Shown piece after piece: positions 9,671 to 18,907 of a DNA stretch of 64,000 nt. The DNA comes from a virus. The first letter of the stretch is position 1. Every line of letters starts with the position of its first letter. The notes below the pieces were generated by a model. It saw only the letters and a list, made by a program, of their open reading frames with translations. It had not been told where the DNA came from and ran no database searches. The DNA lies in IMG/VR virus record IMGVR_UViG_3300012942_000045, positions 6,743-70,742 of that record; one strand, written 5' to 3'. The position numbers were made by a program, and so were the translations under genes.

Positions 9671-9748
9671 TGTGAGGTAGAGCAGTGGTAGCTCGCTAGT
9701 TTCATATGCTAGAGGACGTATTAAGTGGTTCAATTCCCACCCTCGCAA
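9671..9748 (+). tRNA. tRNA-Met(CAT)-like element with an aberrant T/variable region (possibly pseudo-tRNA)
   Basis: Acceptor TGTGAGG/CCTCGCA, D arm GAGC-AGTGGTA-GCTC, anticodon arm CTAGT-TTCATAT-GCTAG (CAT at 9703-9705), T loop GGTTCAATTCC. There are about 6 extra nt before the T stem and no encoded CCA. Confidence 0.7.
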
Positions 9749-9773
9749 CTAAAACCAATACAACAACTACAAT

Positions 9774-10730
9774 ATGGCAATTGGAAAGATTACGCCGGTA
9801 ACTTATGAACCGGATAAGAAGATTAAATCCATGACTAACTCCCTGGCTGCTGCTGGTAAAAGTAGATATCCAGGTACAGGTATGTACTTCTTCCCCAAGA
9901 AATTTCCTAATGGAAGGTATGCTACGGGTCTTGATGAGAATGCAACCTCTATACTCTCTATACAGGATGAGAAGCTTCGTAAGCAAATCCAGGAGGAGGT
10001 TAAACAGAAAAGAAAGAGATTGGAAGATGCTACAGGATTTAATCTGGCTCCAGATTCTCCTTATTGGAATTACTCCCTGTATACAGATCAGGATCAAGCT
10101 CATGTGCAGCCTGTAAAGCTGTATGACAAGAAGAATGTATTTGATCTAACTAATCCTATTAATGAGGTCACTTTTACATGGCTTAAGGAGTGTGATTATA
10201 TAGCTCCCTCCTATGAGGATTATATGTCTGGTAGGTTTGGGCCTGATATCAGGTTTTATGTGGAGGATGATGAGGTTGAGACCACAATCAAATTCAACCG
10301 TAAGAAGGAGATTAATGATGCTGTTATCGCTAATAACAAGCTCACTCCTGATAAAAGAAAGAAAATTGCTGTACTGTTAGGTTTACATGTAGCTGAGAAT
10401 GCCTCTGATGATGCAGTATTTGTTATCCTGGATGATTATATCAAGGAGGCTGATACCAAGAGGAATACAAAGCTTACCTCCAATGTAAGACAGTTTATGG
10501 ACCTTATCTCTGTTGAGGCTAAGCTCCTGAATATTAAATACACTATAAAAGAGGCTCTTGATTATAATGTATATAGAACCCGTGTAGGTGGTTCCATATA
10601 TGAAGGTGAGACTCGTATAGCTGATAATGAGAGTGATCTGGTAATAAAACTCTCTAACCCTGATATGCAAGAGGACTTGCTCCTTTTACAAAGACAGGTT
10701 AAGAACAAGAAAATGCTTGTACTGGAATGA
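9774..10730 (+). CDS. conserved crAss-like protein following the MCP (gene 75-like)
   Basis: Position after the MCP; motifs YATGLDE, DSPYW and FDLTNP; strong codon bias. Confidence 0.6.
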   Translation: MAIGKITPVTYEPDKKIKSMTNSLAAAGKSRYPGTGMYFFPKKFPNGRYATGLDENATSILSIQDEKLRKQIQEEVKQKRKRLEDATGFNLAPDSPYWNYSLYTDQDQAHVQPVKLYDKKNVFDLTNPINEVTFTWLKECDYIAPSYEDYMSGRFGPDIRFYVEDDEVETTIKFNRKKEINDAVIANNKLTPDKRKKIAVLLGLHVAENASDDAVFVILDDYIKEADTKRNTKLTSNVRQFMDLISVEAKLLNIKYTIKEALDYNVYRTRVGGSIYEGETRIADNESDLVIKLSNPDMQEDLLLLQRQVKNKKMLVLE

Positions 10731-11440
10731 TCTCTACAGAACTCTGCTTATATGAGATAGATTTAGAGCTTAATAAACTCTCAAGCTTTGACTCGCAGTC
10801 TATACCTGTGGAGGACAAGTTGATAGCTCTTAATAATGCTCAAGTAGAGGCTGTACTCTCCAAGGTGGACATAAATAACATGTACCACATTGGATTGGAT
10901 GGATTCAGAAGGAGATATGAGGACTTGCAAATTCTTATTGTACCTCACAAATCTATTCCTGCCACCACATCAGATCTTACTGATAAGTACATCTCAGATC
11001 TTACCAAATTACCAAGCAAATATCTTTTACCTGTAGAGATATTTATCACAGCAGATAAATCTCCTTGTATAGGTAGATCTCTCTCGGTAAATATTATACC
11101 TCATTCTGATTTACATATCAGATTAAACAATACCAACTATAGACCCTCATTTGAGTGGCAGGAGACAATAGCAACAATCTCCAATAATACCCTAGAGATT
11201 TGGACTGATGGAACTTTTACCCCTACAGCCTCATTTGTATCCTACCTCACTTATCCTGTCCCTTTTGATTATCCAGGATATATCAATCTAGACAATCAGG
11301 AGTCTGTACTCTCAGATAGCAATCTCCCTGAGTACATGAAAAATGAGATTATCTCTATAGCAGTAAGGCAATTAGCTGCTAATACAGCAAATCAGCTAGT
11401 ATATCAAACAGCTGTACAAGATCAAGTTAAAAACAATTAA
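10727..11440 (+). CDS. putative head-tail ring/adaptor protein (gene 74-like)
   Basis: N-terminal LNKLSS..LNNAQ helix, RRYEDLQIL, and C-terminal LPEYMKNEIISIAV, typical of crAss-like ring proteins. Confidence 0.6.
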   Translation: MISTELCLYEIDLELNKLSSFDSQSIPVEDKLIALNNAQVEAVLSKVDINNMYHIGLDGFRRRYEDLQILIVPHKSIPATTSDLTDKYISDLTKLPSKYLLPVEIFITADKSPCIGRSLSVNIIPHSDLHIRLNNTNYRPSFEWQETIATISNNTLEIWTDGTFTPTASFVSYLTYPVPFDYPGYINLDNQESVLSDSNLPEYMKNEIISIAVRQLAANTANQLVYQTAVQDQVKNN

Positions 11441-11464
11441 TCATAACAATTTAAATTAATCCAA

Positions 11465-12601
11465 ATGGATTTTTCGATTACAAATCTTATTGTAGTTCCC
11501 TCTACTAATACTGTTCCTACTACTGGAAGTCCCTATAACCTCGCTGTAGGTCAGGTAGGTGTATTTAAAGGCTCTGATTATACAGCTGCTACCACATCAA
11601 ATGTAGCTAATGAGAGTTTCATTTATATTGCCCAGGGGCGTGATGTAAATGGTATATTGCCCTCTGATAGGTCTGACAAGATTGCTAAGGCCAAGTTGGT
11701 CTCCTACTTTAAAGCAACTGGTAGTGATGTAGCTGCCAATGAGATTTGGGAAGCCTCCAACTTTAATGTAAAGTGCGGTGAGGATGTAGTTCTTACTGTA
11801 AGAGCTCACTCCTTCTACCTGGATACAGCATTTTTCAATGGTTTGACTCGTTCTATAGTAGTTAAGGCTCCTTGCTGCGATTGTGGTAGTGATCCTTGTA
11901 ATACTGTAGATCAGGATAAAATTGTAGATCTGTTTATTGAGAAGCTCTCTGAGGATTTCTCCTATAACAGAGAGGCTGTTAATCTTACCAAGTACTTTGA
12001 TTTTGTTAAGATTGGTACGGGCTCCAGTGCTAAGCTGAGAATCTATGGTAAGCCTGTACAGCAAGATAAGCAAGGTAGTGATCTGGCTCTTAACCCTTAT
12101 CAGTATGATAGGCTGTGGTTCCAGGTATTTATTAACAAGAATGTTGATACTACTGCCGATTTCTATGTATATGACAAATGTGATGTAGCTGGTGATGCTA
12201 CCCTTATCCAGAGAAGTTCCTTCCCCAAATTGACCTCTGAGGAGGTTAAGACCCTGGAGAAGCAGTACTACTCCTACAAGGTTCCTAACTACCAGCAGCT
12301 ATTCCGTCTTGAGGGATATAACCCTTACTTCAAGAGTTATGTTGAGGACGGCAAGGTTTATGATCAGTATACTGTAACCTATAAGAGTGCAGAGACTATC
12401 TCTGAGGGGTGGAGCGATGATGTTCCTATTGATATGAGAGTTATCCTCCTTATCCCTAATACTATCACTGATATCCAGGCTATATTGGCTGCTTATCTTG
12501 GAAGTCCTACTGATGAGAGTGGCACTGTAGAGAGCACAACTACTACAACCTCTACAACTAGCACCAGTACTACCTCAACTACGGCTGTACCCTTTCCTTA
12601 A
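11465..12601 (+). CDS. abundant structural protein (auxiliary capsid/gene 73-like) with a C-terminal Thr/Ser tail
   Basis: Beta-rich 378 aa with a CCDC motif, MCP-like codon bias, its own terminator, and the C-terminus STTTTTSTTSTSTTSTT. Confidence 0.6.
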   Translation: MDFSITNLIVVPSTNTVPTTGSPYNLAVGQVGVFKGSDYTAATTSNVANESFIYIAQGRDVNGILPSDRSDKIAKAKLVSYFKATGSDVAANEIWEASNFNVKCGEDVVLTVRAHSFYLDTAFFNGLTRSIVVKAPCCDCGSDPCNTVDQDKIVDLFIEKLSEDFSYNREAVNLTKYFDFVKIGTGSSAKLRIYGKPVQQDKQGSDLALNPYQYDRLWFQVFINKNVDTTADFYVYDKCDVAGDATLIQRSSFPKLTSEEVKTLEKQYYSYKVPNYQQLFRLEGYNPYFKSYVEDGKVYDQYTVTYKSAETISEGWSDDVPIDMRVILLIPNTITDIQAILAAYLGSPTDESGTVESTTTTTSTTSTSTTSTTAVPFP

Positions 12602-12625
12602 TATTAACAATTAATTAATTAACTC

Positions 12626-12657
12626 AAGAGGGTGAGGTTGTCCTCACTCTCTTTTTT
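12626..12657 (+). terminator. intrinsic terminator
   Basis: AAGAGGGTGAGG-TTGT-CCTCACTCTCTT followed by a T run. Confidence 0.85.
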
Positions 12658-12662
12658 AATTT

Positions 12663-13238
12663 ATGCTAACTGATAAAGATTATAGTGATGCTGCTAAAAT
12701 TATAGGGTGTGAACCCGATATAATTAAAGCAGTAACTAAAGTTGAGGCTCCCAGAGGTGCTTATGATGATGAGGGTCATATAACTATGTTATTTGAACCT
12801 TACCAGTTTTACAAGGAGCTTAAGGCAGCTAGTATAGATCCTACACCCTTAATCTCCCAATATCCAACTTTAGTCTCAGATCACTGGAACCCTTCCTTAT
12901 ATGGGAAATATAGTGATCAGTACAATAAATTACAGGGAGCAGCTAATATATGTGCAACCTGTGCTTATAAAGCTACCTCCTTTGGATTATTCCAAATACT
13001 GGGTACAAATGCAGTGAGTATAGGATACAAGGATGTATACGAGATGTATACCTTATTTGTACAAAGTGAGTATAACCAGTTAATAGGATTTATAAAGTTT
13101 GTTGTACACAATCATTTGTCCTCTTACTTGGTAAATAAAGACTGGGACAGTTTTGCTCTACACTATAATGGAGCCGATTACAAAAAGAACAATTATCCTG
13201 AAAAGCTAGAGAAAGCATATGCCGATATTAGATCTTAA
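12663..13238 (+). CDS. N-acetylmuramidase (DUF3380-type) endolysin
   Basis: IKAVTKVE (catalytic Glu), LFEP, TSFGLFQILG and FALHYNG..Y..NNY..KL. Confidence 0.9.
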   Translation: MLTDKDYSDAAKIIGCEPDIIKAVTKVEAPRGAYDDEGHITMLFEPYQFYKELKAASIDPTPLISQYPTLVSDHWNPSLYGKYSDQYNKLQGAANICATCAYKATSFGLFQILGTNAVSIGYKDVYEMYTLFVQSEYNQLIGFIKFVVHNHLSSYLVNKDWDSFALHYNGADYKKNNYPEKLEKAYADIRS

Positions 13239-13746
13239 TATTATCCCTACTTATAATAAAAAAACTATTGGGATAGGTGATAACAGCTCTTATGAGAAAA
13301 CACCTGTCTCACCAACTATAGAGATAACTGTACCGGGATATGATAAGGTTACCCTGACTTTTACACCAAACTCACTCTCTATATACAATAGTAATACCTT
13401 ACAGATTACTACAGATCAAGCTGAGACTCTTATCCTACCTGATGGGATATGGCAAATTAAATACTCTATATATCCTAATTATGAGAATTATACTACAGTC
13501 ACTTTCCTAAAGGATGATTTGTTATGGGAATCTTACTACAATGCCTTTCTCAAAGTAGATGTAAATGAGTGTGATAATCCTGAGAATGCAGATATTAAAT
13601 CTCAACTCTCTGCTATACAAGATTATATTATAGGTGCTGAGGCTAATGCAAGAGTTTGTAATAACTCCCTAGCTATGAAACTATATACCTTAGCCTCTAA
13701 GAAACTAACCAAAATAACCAACTGCTATGGGCTGTCAAACTGTTAA
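13219..13746 (+). CDS. virion structural protein (tail fibre hub-like)
   Basis: Ig-like N-terminal part with LPDGIWQIKYSI and a helical C-terminal part; lies in the structural cluster. Confidence 0.55.
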   Translation: MPILDLNIIPTYNKKTIGIGDNSSYEKTPVSPTIEITVPGYDKVTLTFTPNSLSIYNSNTLQITTDQAETLILPDGIWQIKYSIYPNYENYTTVTFLKDDLLWESYYNAFLKVDVNECDNPENADIKSQLSAIQDYIIGAEANARVCNNSLAMKLYTLASKKLTKITNCYGLSNC

Positions 13747-13831
13747 ATGTAAAACCTGTGGGAAATCTCTTCCTAAATGTCAGGTAGATGCAAACGGGAA
13801 TTGTCCCTCTTGTAAAGCTAAAACTAGCTAA
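13727..13831 (+). CDS. 34-aa Cys-rich mini-protein (not in ORF track)
   Basis: MGCQTVKCKTCGKSLPKCQVDANGNCPSCKAKTS. It fills the gap between genes, and its TAA overlaps the next ATG. Confidence 0.7.
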   Translation: MGCQTVKCKTCGKSLPKCQVDANGNCPSCKAKTS

Positions 13832-14094
13832 TGATAGTAACAGGAAACTGTAAGGATTGTGGTTATGATACTATACAGGCTACTATATGTGAGATTAACA
13901 AACAGTTAGCTCAGACGGGGTCTATAAAGTACAATAATACAGCCTATCATCTCACTGATAAATTCAATGTTGAGAGATGGGAGGCACTTGTATTGTACCG
14001 CTCTATATTAGAGAGAAAGTTATTTGATCCCACTTATACAGATTTTCCTACCTCAACAATAATCTCAAAATCCAAGGAATACATCAATGGCTAA
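13831..14094 (+). CDS. small structural protein with CxxC
   Basis: CKDC near the N-terminus; overlaps both neighbours. Confidence 0.65.
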   Translation: MIVTGNCKDCGYDTIQATICEINKQLAQTGSIKYNNTAYHLTDKFNVERWEALVLYRSILERKLFDPTYTDFPTSTIISKSKEYING

Positions 14095-15115
14095 TTGCTG
14101 CAATGATACAACCTCTTGTGGTGGAGTATTGTACTCCTCCAATTGTGTTACATGGGCCTCAGATGCTATCTCAGCTTTCTCTATTGAGAAGGGGGATAAT
14201 CTGACCTCTATAGTAACCTCTCTTAGCACCTCTCTTACAAATGCTTTAGATGGGGTTATTACATTCCCTTCATTTACAGTGAGTTATCAGCCCATAAGTG
14301 ATCTTATAGGTACAGATTACTCTCTTAAAAATATCCTGGACTCTCTTATCTCTTATGATGAGACTCTTAAAAACTATATAGATAGTAAGACTACCTCTAC
14401 TCCTGTCTCGTATGATAATAAATGCTTGACAGTTACTACCTCGCTTACTCAGGCTATAATTGATCAAGTATGTGCTAATAAGAGTAATATTACTACTCTG
14501 ACTACACAGTCAACTACCAATACGTCAGATATTGCTACTTTGAAAACTCAGGTAGCTAATATACTAGGAGACGATACCTCTAGTGCACCTGCATTCACAC
14601 CCTCACAATTAATGCCGCCCTGGGTGCCCATGCCCTATATAGGAGCCTTAACCAATTTTGATAGTACTGGTAAAGGTCTCTCAGCTAATGGGTATGACAA
14701 GGTGTATATTATGAATGGTAATAATGGTACACAGGATTGGAGAGGTTATATACCTATGGGAGCTAACGCTGGAGTAAATGGACCCACCTTAGATCCCAGG
14801 GTTAATCCTACTAATAATAGTGGATTCTCTCTTACCCCAGGACAGAAGAGTGGTGAGGTATATCATAAACTTACTCTTAATGAGAGTCCTGCACATACCC
14901 ATCCAGTAAATGATCCTGGTCATTCTCATAATGCATACCAATCCCTTCCTAATAATAGTAAGGCTAAAAAGACTGGTAGTGAGTATAGAATGCAGACTTA
15001 CTCTGCTACCTCTATAGAGAAAACTGGTATCACTATAGGATCAGTAGGTGGTGGTCAACCTCACAATAATATGCCTCCTGTAGTTGCTACAGTGTGGATT
15101 GTAAAAATACCTTAA
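14087..15115 (+). CDS. short tail fibre-like protein with a collar domain and HxH tip
   Basis: Cys-rich N-terminus and coiled coil. The C-terminal MNGNNGTQDWRG..GEVYHKLTLNESPAHTH..GHSH..GGGQPHNNMPP is a collar/tip motif set. Confidence 0.75.
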   Translation: MANCCNDTTSCGGVLYSSNCVTWASDAISAFSIEKGDNLTSIVTSLSTSLTNALDGVITFPSFTVSYQPISDLIGTDYSLKNILDSLISYDETLKNYIDSKTTSTPVSYDNKCLTVTTSLTQAIIDQVCANKSNITTLTTQSTTNTSDIATLKTQVANILGDDTSSAPAFTPSQLMPPWVPMPYIGALTNFDSTGKGLSANGYDKVYIMNGNNGTQDWRGYIPMGANAGVNGPTLDPRVNPTNNSGFSLTPGQKSGEVYHKLTLNESPAHTHPVNDPGHSHNAYQSLPNNSKAKKTGSEYRMQTYSATSIEKTGITIGSVGGGQPHNNMPPVVATVWIVKIP

Positions 15116-15124
15116 TAATACTCA

Positions 15125-16504
15125 ATGGCTTGCAACGATTGCATACCCCAGGTTAATGTAACCTATACAAATCCTTATCAGAATACTCAGCAAAGTAATT
15201 GCAATAGTACAGGTGTATCCTCTATAGCTAGTGATATTACTTATGATGGTGCTAACCTTACATGTAGTGGTATAGCTACTAATGATAATATTACTACAGC
15301 TTTACAAAAGCTGGATACTAAGGTATGCTCTGTTATAGGTGATTATAGCACTTATAATACTTATTGCCTGGCTGATATAATAACTGAGAAGGAGTTTGTA
15401 GAGGCTATAAGTAATGGGTATTGTACTCTTAAATCTGATTACGATACTTTTACAGGGACAACCTATGTAGCAGATAAGACTACATTAACTACTACTATAA
15501 ATACCAATAATGTTCCAAATATTACCTCTAGCTGTACAGATATATTTAATCCTATCTCTACAGATACAGTAAAACAGGTTTTACAGAAAGTCTCCAATTC
15601 TCTATGTGCTGTGTATAGTACAGCATTGGATCTCTCTAATGTAACCTGGGATAGTTGCTTTACTGTATCCTCTACTCCTACTACCATAGCAGATGGCTTT
15701 CAGGTTGTACTGGATCAGATATGTACTCTTAAATCCACTACAGCAGGTACACTCCCTACTTTTGATAATACAGGAACATGTCTTACTGGAGGTGGTACAA
15801 CTGACTCTCTCACTACCACTATAGGTCTTATTAAGACTAAGTTATGCTCCTTACCTACTTTTGCTGTAGATAGCTTAACATGGAGTTGTGTTACTAAACC
15901 CACTACAAAGGATTTACAAAACTCCTTCCAGGCTGTACTCTCAGCTATAGATAGTCTCTCTGCTAAAATACCTGTGTTCTCTAGTGATTTTACCACCTCA
16001 GCAAATGGTTGCAGTGGTACTAATGTCTCCCTGGGAACCTCAGTTACAGATAAAAATGTAGCAGCAACCTCCTCTGATACTAACCCTGGTACCTTGGAGG
16101 ACAAGCTTTATGCAGGAGATAATATTACATTGGATTATGCCTCACTCTCTGGGAAGGTTAAAATCTCAGCCTCTGGGGGATCTACCTCAGATGGTAAGGT
16201 TAAGATATCATCCTCTGATACTGCTGGTTATTTAGCAGATAAAGTTGAGGGTGATAGTGGTGATATTACTATAACTGTAGGTCCTGATAATAGTGCTGGA
16301 AAAGTACAAGTCTCAGCTACTTATGATGCAAAAGCCTTACTTACAGCTCTTCTAAATGAGTTGAGTTCTTTACCTGATAGTGATCCATTATCTCAACTGT
16401 TTTGCTCTATTGTCTCCAAGTGTCCTGAGAGCTGTGGAACTGTCTCCAATGTCTCTGTTAACTATTACGGCTCAACCTCTACTACCACTACAACCATAGG
16501 ATAA
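15125..16504 (+). CDS. Cys-repeat fibre/whisker protein with a C-terminal Thr tail
   Basis: 18 Cys in paired helical repeats, two SSDT..G.L.DK modules, and the C-terminus STSTTTTTIG. Confidence 0.65.
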   Translation: MACNDCIPQVNVTYTNPYQNTQQSNCNSTGVSSIASDITYDGANLTCSGIATNDNITTALQKLDTKVCSVIGDYSTYNTYCLADIITEKEFVEAISNGYCTLKSDYDTFTGTTYVADKTTLTTTINTNNVPNITSSCTDIFNPISTDTVKQVLQKVSNSLCAVYSTALDLSNVTWDSCFTVSSTPTTIADGFQVVLDQICTLKSTTAGTLPTFDNTGTCLTGGGTTDSLTTTIGLIKTKLCSLPTFAVDSLTWSCVTKPTTKDLQNSFQAVLSAIDSLSAKIPVFSSDFTTSANGCSGTNVSLGTSVTDKNVAATSSDTNPGTLEDKLYAGDNITLDYASLSGKVKISASGGSTSDGKVKISSSDTAGYLADKVEGDSGDITITVGPDNSAGKVQVSATYDAKALLTALLNELSSLPDSDPLSQLFCSIVSKCPESCGTVSNVSVNYYGSTSTTTTTIG

Positions 16505-16851
16505 TGTTACTTCACTATATACTGGGGACAGATAATTATGATTATCTACTGTTCCTCTTGATTTATGCTGTTATAGGTATAGGAGTCTCCCTTATTATCC
16601 ATTACTCCAGGAGAAACCCCTCTATAAACCCTACCAAGTTTAATTTATGGTATTGGTTTAGGGATAATGCAAAGAGATTAGCTCTTAATTTTATTCTTAT
16701 ACTTATAGCTATAAGGTTCTCCAGCGAGTTTATTGGTATACACCAAGGAGGGTTCACAGCCTTTCTTATAGGTGTATTCAATGACCAACTAGCTGATTTT
16801 CTACAAAACAAAGGAATATTACGTAAAAGAGACAAATGCTTGGATCAGTAA
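16504..16851 (+). CDS. putative holin
   Basis: 115 aa with two to three hydrophobic segments and a basic C-terminus. Confidence 0.5.
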   Translation: MLLHYILGTDNYDYLLFLLIYAVIGIGVSLIIHYSRRNPSINPTKFNLWYWFRDNAKRLALNFILILIAIRFSSEFIGIHQGGFTAFLIGVFNDQLADFLQNKGILRKRDKCLDQ

Positions 16852-18260
16852 ACATATCCTGGGATTATGATCCCAATATTAACTCTACCAAAGTTGAGTA
16901 TAAAAAGCAGTCTGAGACAGATTGGACATATCCTACAGACTCTACTAATCCCACTATAGGCACCTCATATCCACTTATACTGGAGACTGAGGTATATTAT
17001 GAGATTAGGTTAACTGCTAATATGGCCTCAGGTTGTACTCCTAAACCCGTTATATACCAGTTTGTACTTAATCCCTCAGGTAATACTACAACTACTACTA
17101 CGACCTCTACTACTACCTCAACCACTACCAGTACCACAACAACTACTACTACAACTATATATGTACCTCCAGTACAAAAGACATTTACCACATTAGCTAC
17201 TCCTTATACTTTAATGTATAACAGTACTAATCATAAAATGTACTTCACTGATTTTGATGCTACTCACTCATTAAGGGCATTTGATCCCTCTACAGCACAA
17301 AGCTCCTCTGATATTACTGATGTAGCCTCAGATCAAATAGGACAGTGGCACCTTTCAGCTGCTGTATACAATCCGGCTACAAATCATATATATGCACACG
17401 GTGTACTTAGTAGTGGTATGGTTATAGTGGATTGTGCTACTGATACTTATATAAAGCAGATAAGCTATGGTTCAAACTCCCTTTATAACAGGCAGAGTAT
17501 GTACCTTATCAATGGGATAGTATATGCTTATACCTTATCAGGAAACAAGTTTATTACTGTAGATACCTCTACAGATTTACCAGGATCTGATTTTGTACCA
17601 GATAGTAACAGTACTTATCCAGTAGCCTCTATGATACAGGCAGGTACTAAATTATGGATATTGCAATCTGGTGGCTCAGCTGCTAGGGCTATCTCTTACA
17701 GTACCTCTGATATGTCCTCAGTAGTAAATGAGATTACCAATATAGCTACAAAACCAAACTCTACAGGTCATATTGATGTGAATGAGGCCTGGTATGATGA
17801 GGAAACTGGTGAGATATGGTTTTGCTCTCCTGGGGATCAATATATAGGAGTAATCAATACCAATAACTTTACCTTATCACATACTATACCTGTACCTATG
17901 GGTACAAAGGTATTTGCTGCATTAAATGCCAGGTATTATGCTCCTACAGATACTTTATACTTCTCTGGAGCTTTAACAGCAAATAGTTCAGACTCAGGTA
18001 CTAAAATTACACTCTCTGTAGATAGGAGTTCTTATGCAATCTCAGGTACACAGGAGGGGATATCTTATTCCCAGTTTGTATATGCAGATGTAACAGGTTA
18101 CTCTTATGCAGGTATACCGGGACTCTCTTATTACAATACTCCTAATACTGGGTATGATACTGATGGCTCTATAGTAGTATATGGAGAGACTACCACTACA
18201 ACTACCACAACCTCTACTACAACTACCACAACCTCTACTACAACTACTACGACACCTTAA
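16836..18260 (+). CDS. FN3-like domain + Thr linker + beta-propeller (YncE/YVTN-like) + Thr tail; putative adhesin
   Basis: N-terminal VNISWD..VEYKK..W..YEIRLTA; repeated blades (YNSTNHKMYF, YNPATNHIYA, YDEETGEIWF, YYAPTDTLYF); two poly-Thr tracts. Confidence 0.7.
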   Translation: MLGSVNISWDYDPNINSTKVEYKKQSETDWTYPTDSTNPTIGTSYPLILETEVYYEIRLTANMASGCTPKPVIYQFVLNPSGNTTTTTTTSTTTSTTTSTTTTTTTTIYVPPVQKTFTTLATPYTLMYNSTNHKMYFTDFDATHSLRAFDPSTAQSSSDITDVASDQIGQWHLSAAVYNPATNHIYAHGVLSSGMVIVDCATDTYIKQISYGSNSLYNRQSMYLINGIVYAYTLSGNKFITVDTSTDLPGSDFVPDSNSTYPVASMIQAGTKLWILQSGGSAARAISYSTSDMSSVVNEITNIATKPNSTGHIDVNEAWYDEETGEIWFCSPGDQYIGVINTNNFTLSHTIPVPMGTKVFAALNARYYAPTDTLYFSGALTANSSDSGTKITLSVDRSSYAISGTQEGISYSQFVYADVTGYSYAGIPGLSYYNTPNTGYDTDGSIVVYGETTTTTTTTSTTTTTTSTTTTTTP

Positions 18261-18793
18261 TGGCTAAGTTAGAGATTACATATACAATAAGTCCTACCCA
18301 AAGAGTAAGATTAGGTTATAGGCCAGCTTTTACAAGTTTACCCTTTACCTATATCTCACCCTTTCTAACCTATGACCAATCTCCTTATATTATAGATAAT
18401 ATTGAGGAGGGTTCATGGGAGGTTGAGTTAACCACTGCCTCCTCAGGTTGTACAATAACTCCATGTGGTACACCTGTAAGGGTAGTAGCCACAGCTGGAG
18501 ATCCTAATACCATCCATTCCCAGGTACAAATTGGAATAGATAGTAATAGCAATGTATACTTCTCAGTTACCTTTTCAGAGGTTATGCCCTCCTCAGTAAC
18601 TATCTCTGGTACATATACTATAGGAGGTAATACTACTCCGTACTCAGTTATTGTTCCCAGTAATATCTCAGCTTACAATAAACTCATTAATACTACAACC
18701 TTCACCTCTGTAGATAGCTACTGTTATACAACTATCTCACCCTCAGTAGTTAACAATAAAAATGTAACCATAGATAATATTTTACCTTGTTAG
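18260..18793 (+). CDS. FN3/Ig-like virion protein, paralog of the N-terminal domain of 54145..54798
   Basis: ITYTI...RVRLGYRP....FTY...SPY...GSWEVELT..C..CG aligns with the N-terminus of the 54145 ORF. Confidence 0.65.
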   Translation: MAKLEITYTISPTQRVRLGYRPAFTSLPFTYISPFLTYDQSPYIIDNIEEGSWEVELTTASSGCTITPCGTPVRVVATAGDPNTIHSQVQIGIDSNSNVYFSVTFSEVMPSSVTISGTYTIGGNTTPYSVIVPSNISAYNKLINTTTFTSVDSYCYTTISPSVVNNKNVTIDNILPC

Positions 18794-18819
18794 GGGATTT
18801 ATTGGTTTGCCCCTTTCTG

Positions 18820-18848
18820 AAAGCCTGAGCCACATGGCTTGGGCTTTT
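18820..18848 (+). terminator. intrinsic terminator
   Basis: AAAGCCTGAGCC-ACAT-GGCTTGGGCTTTT. Confidence 0.75.
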
Positions 18849-18858
18849 ATATATTATA

Positions 18859-18890
18859 TTTGGTACATATGTTAATATGTTATACCTTTG
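18859..18890 (+). promoter_or_regulatory. Bacteroidota sigma-A type promoter
   Basis: TTTG (18859-18862), N20, TACCTTTG (18883-18890): a perfect consensus. Confidence 0.85.
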
Positions 18891-18907
18891 TACTTATAAT
18901 TTTATAT

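Noticed and set aside
17085-18254. ACN repeats as microsatellite, CRISPR or DGR repeats
   Set aside because: They are in-frame Thr/Ser codons with mixed third positions. There is no repeat-spacer periodicity, no adenine-specific TR/VR pair and no reverse transcriptase.
18839-18907. Listed hydrophobic N-terminal extension of the phosphoesterase
   Set aside because: It overlaps the terminator and promoter. ATG 18908 is the plausible start.
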